This document shows positions 9,584 through 20,100 of a stretch of 64,000 nt of DNA, one piece after another. Positions within the stretch are counted from its first letter, which is position 1. Each line of letters starts with the position of its first letter. The stretch is taken from contig OZ253485.1 of NCBI GenBank assembly GCA_965261935.1, forward strand, positions 1,139,005 to 1,203,004, written 5' to 3'. The position numbers and the translations under genes were made by a program. Below the pieces are notes generated by a model that did no database searches, was not told the DNA's origin, and saw nothing but the letters and a program-made list of their open reading frames with translations. The DNA is from Dehalococcoidia bacterium. GTDB lineage: Bacteria > Chloroflexota > Dehalococcoidia > Lucifugimonadales > G963668185.

Positions 9584-10096
9584 ATGTCAGAGAGAAGCGT
9601 AATCGGTCTATTTACAGAGGAAGACAAGGCGGCCGACGCTATGGACGCCCTGCGGGAGGCCTCGTTCGAGGAGAACGAGGTAGAAGTCCTGAGCGGCACG
9701 CCATACCCTGAGGGCACGTTTGGAGAAACGGAGCCGGTGCACAAGCTCTACCGGTTTCCCCTGATAGGCGCAGCCTGCGGCTTCATTGTCGCACTCCTGC
9801 TCACCGCCGGTACGCAGGTCGCCTTTCCACTTGTAGCGGGCGGTAAGCCGATATTCTCGATTCCGCCGATGGCGATAATCATGTACGAAGGAACTATGCT
9901 GGGCGCCATCCTTTTCACTGTGGTGGGCATAGTGTTCGAGTCCCGGCTGCCCAGACTGTTCATGGGGGCGTACGACACGCGTATAACCGAGGGGTACGTG
10001 GGCGTAACCGTTACTTCCAGCGAGGGCCGCATGGCACGAGCTGAGGAGACACTCAGAAACTCAGGAGCCGAAGACGTCAAGAGGGGCTGGGAGTAA
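9584..10096 (+). CDS. actD: ACIII subunit ActD (DUF3341-like, soluble N-domain plus two TM helices)
   Basis: 170 aa. N-terminal VIGLFTEEDKAADAMDALREASF followed by two hydrophobic helices. Position within the act cluster. Confidence 0.7.
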   Translation: MSERSVIGLFTEEDKAADAMDALREASFEENEVEVLSGTPYPEGTFGETEPVHKLYRFPLIGAACGFIVALLLTAGTQVAFPLVAGGKPIFSIPPMAIIMYEGTMLGAILFTVVGIVFESRLPRLFMGAYDTRITEGYVGVTVTSSEGRMARAEETLRNSGAEDVKRGWE

Positions 10097-10142
10097 TTAA
10101 ACAGTGACCGGCGGCGACCATCGAGGATCGGCTCAGAGGCGC

Positions 10143-10784
10143 ATGGGGCCATTGCGCGCCCTCGCGCACTGGCCAGCGCTGCTGCTGGCCTTGCTGGTTG
10201 TCGCGCTCGCGACCGGCTGCTACAACAAGAACACTGGCGAGACGAACATCGAGGGCTTGGTAAACATTACCCTGCCGGCCTTCCCACAGCAGGGGGCGCA
10301 CGCGGTGGTGGTCTTCAGCGAGATGCATTACTCTCCAGCGCTACGCTCGCAAGAGGGCCCGCGCCTTCTGCCACCCGCCGACTCGGTGCCAGTCACCGGC
10401 CGGGAAGTCTCGTATGCGAGCTTGGAGGAGTATTCCGCACTCTCCATGCCCCACGACTACGCCGCCAAGTACGAGAGCAGCGCCGCGAAGGAATTGTACA
10501 GGGTCAACTGCCTGGTATGTCATGGCTCGAGCATGACAGGCGACGGCACGATGAGACAGCACATGAACCGCGGTCCGCTGCCAGCAGACCTGATGTCCGA
10601 GATCTCGACCGATTCGCCAGCAGGCGAACTGTTTGCCTTCATCACGGAAGGCGGCAGACAGGGTTACGCTACCGTGCTGACCGGCAGGGACTCCACCTCG
10701 CCGATGCCACCCTTCAAGTACTTGCTAACGGAGGAGGAGCGGTGGATGCTAGTAGCGTATCTCATGGAGATGCAAGGGCGATAG
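10143..10784 (+). CDS. actE: ACIII subunit ActE, monoheme cytochrome c lipoprotein
   Basis: ORF 10104..10784. ATG 10143 gives a signal peptide with lipobox LATGC. Single CLVCH heme motif and a distal Met region. Confidence 0.75.
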   Translation: MGPLRALAHWPALLLALLVVALATGCYNKNTGETNIEGLVNITLPAFPQQGAHAVVVFSEMHYSPALRSQEGPRLLPPADSVPVTGREVSYASLEEYSALSMPHDYAAKYESSAAKELYRVNCLVCHGSSMTGDGTMRQHMNRGPLPADLMSEISTDSPAGELFAFITEGGRQGYATVLTGRDSTSPMPPFKYLLTEEERWMLVAYLMEMQGR

Positions 10785-10809
10785 GCTCGAAGGAGTCAGT
10801 CGTCATTCG

Positions 10810-11541
10810 TCAGCTGTGCGGCCCGCGTACTCTAATGCGGCTGGCGACTTCATAGCTAAGCACGACGTCCCGGTTACGACAATCGAGGATGATTACGCCA
10901 CGGTAGAGCGCAGCCTCTTTGATGGTCACAGGCTGCCCGGGTAGCACCGAGTTTCGAACGAAGTACTCGAGCAGTGTTTCATCGTCCTCCGGGACCTTGT
11001 CAACTACAATTTCCTGGCCTTCGCGGGCCTCATCGAGCATGAACATGTTCTTTGGGGCGCGGTACCCGCTTCCGGGAATTGGGGCCCCGAAGGGGCATGT
11101 CGTAGGATTGCCCAGCTTGGCCACGATCCTCTTCTCAAGCTCAGGGGAGATTGCGTGCTCCAGCAGATGCGCTTCAACGTGAGCTTTGTGCAGGTCAAGT
11201 CCGAGCAGGTCGACTACGAGCCGCTCGGCCAACCGGTGCCGCCGCACTATGCTCTCGGCCGCCTTTCGTCCTGAGCGCGTCAGGACAATCTCCTTGTTCG
11301 CGGTCACGTCTACGAGCTTCTCGCGGGTCATCCGGCGTACCATGCCACCGACCGAGGCAAGAGACGTGCCCACGCCTTCGCCCTTTGGCAGACGTTTAAT
11401 CTCCTCAGCGAGTTCGCTCGCCGTAACTCGGACTGCCTGCTCCTCAAGGTGAAAGATCGACAGAAGGTAGTTCTCCGTGGCCATGGAAAGCCTTGACCAC
11501 GGAACGACATCTTCTTCTTTGATCTGCTTGGGTTTGGACAT
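10810..11541 (-). CDS. DtxR/MntR-family metal-dependent transcriptional repressor with a C-terminal FeoA/SH3-like domain
   Basis: Winged-helix N-terminus, RRHRLAERLVVDLLGL dimerisation/metal-site helix, and a C-terminal SH3-like segment. Confidence 0.75.
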   Translation of the reverse strand: MSKPKQIKEEDVVPWSRLSMATENYLLSIFHLEEQAVRVTASELAEEIKRLPKGEGVGTSLASVGGMVRRMTREKLVDVTANKEIVLTRSGRKAAESIVRRHRLAERLVVDLLGLDLHKAHVEAHLLEHAISPELEKRIVAKLGNPTTCPFGAPIPGSGYRAPKNMFMLDEAREGQEIVVDKVPEDDETLLEYFVRNSVLPGQPVTIKEAALYRGVIILDCRNRDVVLSYEVASRIRVRGPHS

Positions 11542-11670
11542 TCACTCTCTGTTGGAGGCTAACATGGCACTATCAGGCCTTCAACCGGATGTGTACTGAA
11601 GGTACCCTGTACGCGGAGCGAAAGCATAAACTACCCTCTACGGCGAATTTGAGACTCTTGGGAGCGGGCA

Positions 11671-13962
11671 TTGGCTGAGTACGGAACGGAATCGGAGCTG
11701 CGCGTTATCGGCACGAGGCCGGTGCGTCATGACGGAGCGGACAAGGTCACCGGACGCGCGCTCTACGGGGCCGACTTGCAGTTGGCAGGCATGCTCCACG
11801 GCAAAATACTGAGGAGTCCTCATGCCCATGGGCGCATCATTTCAATAGACACATCGAAGGCCGAGGCCATGCCCTGGGTCCACGCAGTGGTCACCGCCAC
11901 GGACCTTCCACACACAGTAACGGGCCACATGTCCGATCTCTCACACTGGGGCAAAGGCCCCTATCCCACCAAATTCCTCAGAGACAACATCCTGGCGAGC
12001 GACAAGGTCCTGTACCAGGGCCATGCGGTGGCCGCCGTGGCCGCATCGAGTCCCCACGCCGCCGAGCAAGCGCTCGAACTCATCAACGTTCAGTACGAAC
12101 TTCTCCCTCCTGTGCTCGACTGCCGGGAGGCGCTGCAAGAAGACGCACCGATACTCCATGAGGACCTGCGTACAGCTACGCTTGGAGAAGCACCGACTGG
12201 CCCCACGAACCTCGCACAGCACTTCAAGATCGAGGCGGGTGACGTCGATACGGGATTCGAGGAAGCGTCGGTGATCGTGGACAGAGAGTTCCACACCGGC
12301 ACTGTCCACCAGGGGTACATCGAGCCGCACAACGCCACAGCGCTATGGAATGACGATGGCCGTTTGACCGTATGGTCTAGCACGCAGGGCTCGTTCTTCG
12401 TGCGCGACTATCTGCAGCTGATACTAGACCTCTCGGACTCGGATATCCGGTGCGTCCCGATGGAGATTGGCGGCGGCTTCGGGGGCAAGTTCGAGCTATA
12501 CGGCGAGCCGGTGGCAGCGCTGCTCTCGCGAAAGGCGTGTAGACCAGTCAAGGTGGTGATGAGTCGCGGAGAGGAGTTCGTGGGCACCGGCCCAGCCCCC
12601 GGAGGGTACGTACGGGTAAAGGTCGGCGCACGTGGAGACGGCACTATCACGGCCATCGAAGCGGACCTGGCCTACGAAGCCGGCGCATACCCCGGGTCTC
12701 CCGTAGCGGGCGGCGCCAACGCGTTAGTCTCCTGCTACGATGTCCCAAACGTGCGTGTCGAAGGGCGGGACGTGGTGGTCAACCGTCCTAAGGCGGCAGC
12801 GTACCGGGCGCCAGGCCAACCAAACGCCGCATTTGCTCTGGAGCAGGCGATCGATGAGGTGGCCCGGAAGCTGTCGATGGACCCACTAGACCTACGCCAC
12901 AGAAACGCGGCAGAAGAGGGCACGCGACGCGCTGACGGGGTTGTCTACCCTCGCGTGGGACTCAAAGAGACCATCGAAGCCATGCGCGATCACCCTCACT
13001 ATTCTGAGAGACTCGCAGGCCGGAATGCGGGCAGGGGGGTGGCGGTGGGGATGATGACGCACGGCGGTGGCCGGTCTGCGTGCACGATCAACGTAAACCC
13101 CGACGGAACCGTGAGCCTCGTGGAGGGTTCGACTGACATCGGGGGATCGCGGACTTCGATCGCAATGCAGGCGGCGGAGGTGCTGGGCATTCCTGCCGAG
13201 GCAGTTAATCCAGCCGTGGTTGACACGGACTCGATCGGGTTTACGAACGGCACAGGTGGCAGCCGTGTTACCTATGCCACGGGCCTGGCGGCGATCGCGG
13301 CGGCTGAGGATGTGCGGCAACAGATGGTGGAGCGCGCCGCGGCGCTCTGGGATGTGGACCCTGACTCGTTGACTTACGAGCACGGGGAGATCAGGTCCGA
13401 AGCCGAGCCCGAGCTTTCGATAACGTTTCAGGAATTGGCGAACAGGCTCGGAGAGACCGGAGGACCGGTTGTCGGGGCCGCGGCTGTGAATCCTTCGCGC
13501 AGTTCCCGGCACGGGTACGCCGCGGGAAACATTGTTGACGTGGAGGTGGACCCTGAGACAGGGAAGGTGCGCATTGTCAAGTACACCGTGTTTCAGGATG
13601 CAGGGAGGGCTGTTCATCCGGACTATGTCGAAGGCCAGATGCAAGGCGGGACGATCCAGGGAGCAGGCTGGGCGCTCAACGAGGTGTACTCGTACGATGA
13701 CGGTGGTCGGCTCACAAACGGCACGTTCTTGGACTACCGGCTGATGACGACTCTAGACCTTCCTATGATCTCTACAGTGGTGGTGGAGGCGCCCAGCCCC
13801 GGGCATCCCTTCGGTGTCAGGGGCGTAGGGGAGGTAAACATCATTCCGCCGCCCGCCGCCCTGGCGAACGCGATTTACGATGCGGTGGGAGTAAGGATGA
13901 CGGAGCTACCCATGAACCCGACGGCGGTAATGGAAGCGATGTCGAGGAAGGGCGGATGCTAA
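11671..13962 (+). CDS. Xanthine dehydrogenase / aldehyde oxidase family molybdopterin-binding large subunit
   Basis: 763 aa. N-terminal RPVRHDGADKVTGRALYGADL, GGGFGGK motif, AYRAPGQP segment. TTG start. Confidence 0.75.
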   Translation: MAEYGTESELRVIGTRPVRHDGADKVTGRALYGADLQLAGMLHGKILRSPHAHGRIISIDTSKAEAMPWVHAVVTATDLPHTVTGHMSDLSHWGKGPYPTKFLRDNILASDKVLYQGHAVAAVAASSPHAAEQALELINVQYELLPPVLDCREALQEDAPILHEDLRTATLGEAPTGPTNLAQHFKIEAGDVDTGFEEASVIVDREFHTGTVHQGYIEPHNATALWNDDGRLTVWSSTQGSFFVRDYLQLILDLSDSDIRCVPMEIGGGFGGKFELYGEPVAALLSRKACRPVKVVMSRGEEFVGTGPAPGGYVRVKVGARGDGTITAIEADLAYEAGAYPGSPVAGGANALVSCYDVPNVRVEGRDVVVNRPKAAAYRAPGQPNAAFALEQAIDEVARKLSMDPLDLRHRNAAEEGTRRADGVVYPRVGLKETIEAMRDHPHYSERLAGRNAGRGVAVGMMTHGGGRSACTINVNPDGTVSLVEGSTDIGGSRTSIAMQAAEVLGIPAEAVNPAVVDTDSIGFTNGTGGSRVTYATGLAAIAAAEDVRQQMVERAAALWDVDPDSLTYEHGEIRSEAEPELSITFQELANRLGETGGPVVGAAAVNPSRSSRHGYAAGNIVDVEVDPETGKVRIVKYTVFQDAGRAVHPDYVEGQMQGGTIQGAGWALNEVYSYDDGGRLTNGTFLDYRLMTTLDLPMISTVVVEAPSPGHPFGVRGVGEVNIIPPPAALANAIYDAVGVRMTELPMNPTAVMEAMSRKGGC

Positions 13963-14029
13963 CAAGGGCGCAGGCAAGTCGAACAGTGGGCACTTCCCTA
14001 AAGAGCATTTCGACCCTCCGAACGATTTC

Positions 14030-14665
14030 TCAAACCTTTCTTATCAGCATAACGCCGTCGCGGACGGTCAGGATGACCTGATCGACCCTATCGTCGTTGG
14101 CGACGTGGGCATTGAATGCGGCCATCGTCCTAGCGGACTCATCTTGCGGATCGGCTATGGAACCACCCCACAACACGTTGTCCACGACTATGAATCTCCG
14201 GTCCGATATCAACTCCATCGCACGTTCGTAGTAATCGGCGTAGGGTTCTTTGTCGGCGTCTATGAAGACCAAGTCATATGGGTCCTCGAGCGAGTTCATC
14301 GTAACTATCGCCGGGCCGACTCGAAGTTCGATCTTGTGGCCATTCGGCCCTCGGTCAAAGTGTTCCTGAGCAATGGCTGCCGTGTCCGGGTCGATCTCGC
14401 AGGCGGTAATCCCGCCATCGTCCGGCAGCGCCGCAGCCATCATTTGTACGCTGAAGCCGGTGAAGTATCCAACCTCGAGGATACGGCGTGCGCCGGATGC
14501 CCAGACAAGGAAGCGCAGCAGCGCTCCTTCCATGGGTCCACACAGCATCCCTGACATCTCAACGTTCTCTCGAGTGAACTGTGCAAGCTCAGCCAGGTGG
14601 AGTTCCAATGGAGTGGTGTGATTCACTGCGTACTCTTCGATCTCATCAGGCACGAGCGTTAACAT
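14030..14665 (-). CDS. Class I SAM-dependent O-methyltransferase (caffeoyl-CoA OMT-like, family 3)
   Basis: ILEVGYFTGFS SAM-binding loop and FIDADKEPY motif; 211 aa. Confidence 0.75.
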   Translation of the reverse strand: MLTLVPDEIEEYAVNHTTPLELHLAELAQFTRENVEMSGMLCGPMEGALLRFLVWASGARRILEVGYFTGFSVQMMAAALPDDGGITACEIDPDTAAIAQEHFDRGPNGHKIELRVGPAIVTMNSLEDPYDLVFIDADKEPYADYYERAMELISDRRFIVVDNVLWGGSIADPQDESARTMAAFNAHVANDDRVDQVILTVRDGVMLIRKV

Positions 14666-14916
14666 TAGTTCTCCTTGGGAAACATCGGATGCATGATTGG
14701 CGCATCGCGGGCTTGTTCGTCGCGCAAGGGTACAACGGACAAGGTGCTAGGACCTGCATACAAGCAACGACGAAAGTATCGTTAGAAGCTGAGGGAAGCG
14801 CTACAAGCATTTTGAAGCATTGGGACGCCAGAGCACGTAGCTCTCGTCCGAACAAGGGAATCAAGGGACAGGTACCCTGCGGATCGATCCGATCCCAGAA
14901 CGGAAGGAGACCGGAG

Positions 14917-16179
14917 ATGCCTAGAAGCGACAGGCTCGCAATTGACGGGGGACAGCCGGTAATCGACACGCCGCTGCCGAAGGGCGTGTCCGGACCAAGC
15001 GTCTTCGGCGACGAGGAGGCCGCGGCAGCGGAGCGCGTCATCCGAGGCGACATACACTTCCGCTATCACGGGCCGAACGACGTGTCGCTGTTTGAGCGGG
15101 AGGCGAGCCAACGGCTCGGAGTGTCGCACGCGCTGATGGTGAACTCAGGCACGAGCGCGCTAGTTTCAGGGCTGGCCGGACTCGGCATCGGCCCCGGCGA
15201 TGAGGTCCTCGTGCCAGGCTACACGTACATTGCCACGCCAGCGGCTGTGGTCGCAGTGGGCGCGGTCCCAGTCATCGCGGAGATAGACAATTCACTAGGT
15301 CTGGACCCAGAGGACCTCGAACGCAAAATCACACCGCACACCAAGGCGGTGATTCCGGTACACATGAACGGAACACCCGCAAAGCTGAATCGGATCATGG
15401 AGGTCGCACGCAGGCACAACTTAGTCGTGCTCGAGGACTGCTGCCAGTGTGTGGGCGGCGAGTACATGGGCCGGCCAGTGGGAACTTACGGGGATGCCGG
15501 AGCGTGGAGCCTGAATTACGCGAAGACCATAAGCTCCGGTGAGGGAGGGTTGGTCTTCACCGACGACAGGGACGTGTACGAGCGGGCGTCGTTCAGGGCG
15601 GACCCGGGAATGCGGCTGTGGCAGAAGGAAGGATGGCAGAACGATGTGTTCCCGGGCGAGACCTATAGGCCGAGTGTGGTGCTAGACGCAATCGCGCGGG
15701 TCCAGCTCGCCAAGCTGGACATGATTCTGGGGCAACAGCGAGCAATGCAGAAGGCGTTCTTGGACACTCTCGAAGAGGCGAAGGGGTATGTGATGCGGCA
15801 CATGGACGACCCGGCAGGCGACACGGGCGTGTCGGCGACGCTGATCTTCCACGACGCTGCCCTGGCACGTGGGTACGCACTTGCCCTGGAGGCCGAGGGG
15901 CTGCCGGTCGGTACCGTGTACAACGAGGGAATACCGGACAGGCACATCTACAGCAACTGGGACAGCATCCTGCAGAAACGATCCCATCATCCTTCCGGGT
16001 ACCCATGGAGAGACTCGGCGTACAAGGGAAACGTGGTGTACTCCAAGGACATGTGCCCGCAGACGCTGGACATACTGGGCCGCAGTGTGCGGTTCGACTT
16101 CAACATGAACATGTCAGTGGAACACGCGAAGCTCATGGGCACGGCCGTGAACAAAGTTGACCGCGCGGTAGCAGGCTAG
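14917..16179 (+). CDS. DegT/DnrJ/EryC1/StrS-family PLP-dependent aminotransferase
   Basis: ORF 14581..16179. ATG 14917 is preceded by GGAAGGAGA. Motifs LAIDGGQPV, NSGTSAL and SLNYAKTISSGEGG (PLP lysine context). Confidence 0.7.
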   Translation: MPRSDRLAIDGGQPVIDTPLPKGVSGPSVFGDEEAAAAERVIRGDIHFRYHGPNDVSLFEREASQRLGVSHALMVNSGTSALVSGLAGLGIGPGDEVLVPGYTYIATPAAVVAVGAVPVIAEIDNSLGLDPEDLERKITPHTKAVIPVHMNGTPAKLNRIMEVARRHNLVVLEDCCQCVGGEYMGRPVGTYGDAGAWSLNYAKTISSGEGGLVFTDDRDVYERASFRADPGMRLWQKEGWQNDVFPGETYRPSVVLDAIARVQLAKLDMILGQQRAMQKAFLDTLEEAKGYVMRHMDDPAGDTGVSATLIFHDAALARGYALALEAEGLPVGTVYNEGIPDRHIYSNWDSILQKRSHHPSGYPWRDSAYKGNVVYSKDMCPQTLDILGRSVRFDFNMNMSVEHAKLMGTAVNKVDRAVAG

Positions 16180-17057
16180 CCCGAAGCGGATACTGGTCGC
16201 GCCACACAGGGCCACTGCCGGCGGAATGCTGCCTGCCTGGCCGGGACAGACAGCGCAAGGAGCGAAAATAGGTAGGCACCGACGGTGAATGCGAAGATGT
16301 GCCGCCATGGAGTGTCGAACTAGATGTTTGCCTCTTCTTCACGAATGTCGTTTGCGATGGTTACGGACATTCGGAACCCCGGGACTACGCTGAGGGCAAT
16401 TGCCGACGAGGCTATAAGCGAAGTTTCCGAGAGGGAGGCCGTCTGGATCATCCGGCACGAAGCCAACTAAACGGAGGAAGACTATCTCGCGTCGGCGCTC
16501 CACGGCCGCACGTGCGCCAATTGCGCCAAGGGCCGGAATGCAGTTAACGAGGCCCCGTCATCGAGTCCTACGAGATCAAAAGATTCCGTTGCTCTGCGCC
16601 TTGCGTCATTGGTCGGCGTGCCGATCCGAGCAATAGAATCTCCACGTTCTCGACGGCGGTAAGTACGGGGAGGTGGTTGAACGCCTAACCCACTCAAGTG
16701 GCCCGACAACTAGTGCCTTCGCGTCGGACATGGAGGACAAGTCTACACCCCAAATGAGGACTTGACCCTAATCAACGTCCTCCAGCCCGGACAGGCAGTT
16801 TAGGAGGGTAGTCTCTCTGACCTGCTGGATTCCATGATCGCCGCCAATTCTTCCCTGGTCACGGTCAGATCACACCTCGCAGCGCGTGCATGACTGCCTC
16901 GCCCCTGTAGTAAGACCTGTGATGTTGCGTGCGACAATGATCGTGTCCCGCACAGCCATTATCCCTGGTTCTTCACGCGGAAATGCAACCTGGCCTAGAG
17001 CAGGTCACTGTTGGACCCCACAGGGGACCTACATCGGGAATCTCAGACTAGCCGAAT

Positions 17058-17094
17058 CGCATGATTGGGAACTCAATGAGTTCCCAATCATGCG
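17058..17094 (-). terminator. Perfect 17-bp inverted repeat with a 3-nt loop, 31 nt downstream of rpoC; terminator-like hairpin without a U tract
   Basis: CGCATGATTGGGAACTC-aat-GAGTTCCCAATCATGCG. The downstream minus-strand sequence is not T-rich. Confidence 0.35.
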
Positions 17095-17124
17095 GGGAAT
17101 GTCCGCGCTACCGACTGGGCTTGC

Positions 17125-20100
17125 CTATAGGGCGGGTAGTTCCTCCATAGTCTCGCTCGATTCAAAAGAACTCATAGCATCCCTTATGAAATCGCCAATA
17201 GGCTTAGGCTGCTCAATGGCGGCCAACTCGTCGACTCCCAGGCGCTTCCTTCCCTCTTCGGTAAGGTCAAACCTTGCAGGAATCAATCGGCCAATAATCA
17301 CATTTTCCTTCAGGCCGCGCAGGTAGTCCACATCGCCGTTTACAGCCGATTCAGTGAGCACCCTTGTGGTTTCCTGGAACGAAGCCGCTGCCAAGAAGCT
17401 CTCCATGCTGAGAGATGCCCTGGTTACTCCAAGGAGCACGGGACTGGCGGTGGCGGGCTCGCCCCCCTCTGCCAGTATCGCCGCGTTGATGTCCTCGTAC
17501 TGCTGCCTGTCCACGAGCTCACCCGGCAACAGGTTCGTGTCTCCAGGGGAGTCTATGCGAACCTTGCGCAACATCTGGGAGATAATAACCTCTATGTGCT
17601 TGTCATGAATCGTCACGCCCTGGGACCGATAGACTTTTTGTACTTCCTCAATTAGATAGTTCTGAACGGCTTCTCGACCCTGGATCTGGAGAATCTGTTG
17701 AGGATTCTTTGGGCCTTCCGTCAGAGCATCCCCCGCCTTGACGGTGTCATTGGCGGTCACGACTATGTGGGACGCAGCCGGGATCCCATACTCGCGGTGC
17801 TCTTCGTCCGACCAAGAAATCGTCACCATGCCGTCGTCGACCTGCACTACTCCAGACACCCGAGCATGAACATCGGAGACCGGCTGCAGATCTGTAGAGT
17901 CCTCAGCGCCTACCTCCGGCCCCGACAGCTTGGTCCCAATGATGACTTCTTCGCCGTCTTCTACTTCAAGGCTGTGTCCAGGCGGCAAGACGTACTCATC
18001 CGAGTATTCCTCGTGGCTCATTACGGTTATAGTGCGCCCCTCTGCCGACTCATTTACCTCCACAGCACCATCGATCTCCGTGAGCACCGCCTCCCCCTTG
18101 GGCGATCGGGCCTCGAAGAGTTCCTCCACCCTTGGCAGACCGCTAGTTATGTCCGATCCAGCGATTCCACCTGTGTGGAAGGTACGCATTGTCAACTGTG
18201 TTCCGGGCTCTCCAATGCTCTGGGCGGCTATTATCCCCACTGCCTCGCCGTGAATCACAGGCTCTAGCGTGGCCAAAGAAATACCGTAGCACAAGCAACA
18301 GACTCCGCGTCGCGCCTCGCACGTCAGCGGCGACCGTACCGAGACTCCGACGACTCCAGACTCCCGAACCTTCCTAATGGTCTCTTCCGAAAGCGTTTTC
18401 CCGCCTTCGGCAAGTATCTCGCCGGTTTCGGGGTCAACAACCGTTGCCGTCAAGTGGCGCGTCTTCACGCGCTGGTCGAAGGACGACAGCAACGAATCTT
18501 CCGAATCGACAGGGATCCATTGGCCATTGAGGGTGCCGCAGTCGTCTGCAACTACCGTGATCTCCTGAGACACATCTATCAGGCGTCTCGTAAGGTATCC
18601 GCTGTCCGCCGTACGGAGCGCAGTGTCTGCCAATCCCTTTCGAGCCCCGTGCGTAGACAGGAAGTACTCCAGCACGCTCAACCCTTCTCTGAAGCTAGAC
18701 TTGATAGGCCGGTCGATGATCCTACCTTTCGGATTGGACATCAGCCCGCGCATTCCGGCCATCTGTTTGATCTGGGCTACGTTGCCCTTAGCGCCTGAGG
18801 TTGCCATCAGGTAAATGCCGCCGTAGTTGCGCAGGTTGTCCTCAATCTTCTTCGTCAGGCTGTCGTTGGCCTCTGTCCAAGCGGCCACCGATGCACGGTA
18901 CTTCTCGTCTTCTGTGATGAGGCCGTCCAGGAATTGCTGCTGGAACTGGTTAACTTTGGACTCGGCCTCTGCAAGGATTGCCTTCTTTTCCTGGGCAACT
19001 TCGATGTCATTGATGGCAATGGTGATTCCGGACTTGCAAGCGTAATGGAACCCCAAGTCCTTTATGGCATCCAGAATCTCGGCGGTCCGTTCATGACCGA
19101 ACGTCCTGAAGCACTCGCTGGTAATCGCCTTCAGGACGTTCTTTTCTATTTCCTCGTTGCGGAATCCCATTTCTGAAGGCAGTACGTCATTGAAGATTAT
19201 GCGGCCAACGGAAGACTCTACGAACTCGGTCGCGTCTCCATTCGTGCCCATGCCGTTGACCGATGCCAGATTGCGTACTTTGATTGCCGTACGAAGGCCG
19301 ATCTGTCCCAGTTCGTAGGCGAGGCGGGCATCCTCCGGGCTTGCGAACACGCGTGTGACGCCGTCCGTAGCCGGGTCGATAATCGTCAGGTAGTAGCAAC
19401 CTAGCGCCATATCCAACGTGGGCGTCACGCTCGGCTCTCCAGAGCTTGGAAGCAGCATGTTGTAGACGCTGAGCATCAGCCGCTTCGCCTCAAGCACCGC
19501 TTCCCTGGAAAGAGGCACGTGAACGGCCATCTGGTCACCATCGAAGTCGGCGTTAAACGCAGAGCAGACAAGAGGATGCACCTGGATGGCGCTACCTTCG
19601 ATGAGCACAGGCTGGAATGCCTGGATGCCAAGTCTGTGTAACGTAGGCGCCCGGTTCAGCAGTACCGGACGGTCTTTTATGACATCTTCCAGGATGTCCC
19701 ATACTTCCGGTCTGACCCGTTCAGCCATCCTCTTGGCGCTCTTGATATTGTGAGCGTATCCCTTGATGACCAGCCGATTCATGACAAATGGTTTGAACAG
19801 TTCCAGTGCCATACGTCTTGGCAGGCCACACTCGTGCAGCTTCAAATCGGGTCCGACTATGATGACCGACCGACCACTGTAATCTACACGCTTGCCCAGA
19901 AGATTCTGGCGGAAACGGCCCTGCTTCCCGCGCAAAAGGTCTGAAAGTGACTTGAGGGTGTGGTTATGGCTTCCGGCCACAGCGCGGCCCCGTCGCCCAT
20001 TGTCTATAAGCGCATCCACCGCCTCTTGCAGCATGCGCTTCTCGTTTCGAACGATGATTTCCGGGGCCTGCAGTTCTATCAGCCTCTTGAGCCGGTTGTT

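Noticed and set aside
11542-11670. DtxR/IdeR operator in the divergent region next to the repressor gene
   Set aside because: Only a half-site-like AGGCTAAC is present, matching about 10 of 19 positions of the TTAGGTTAGGCTAACCTAA consensus. That is not enough to call.
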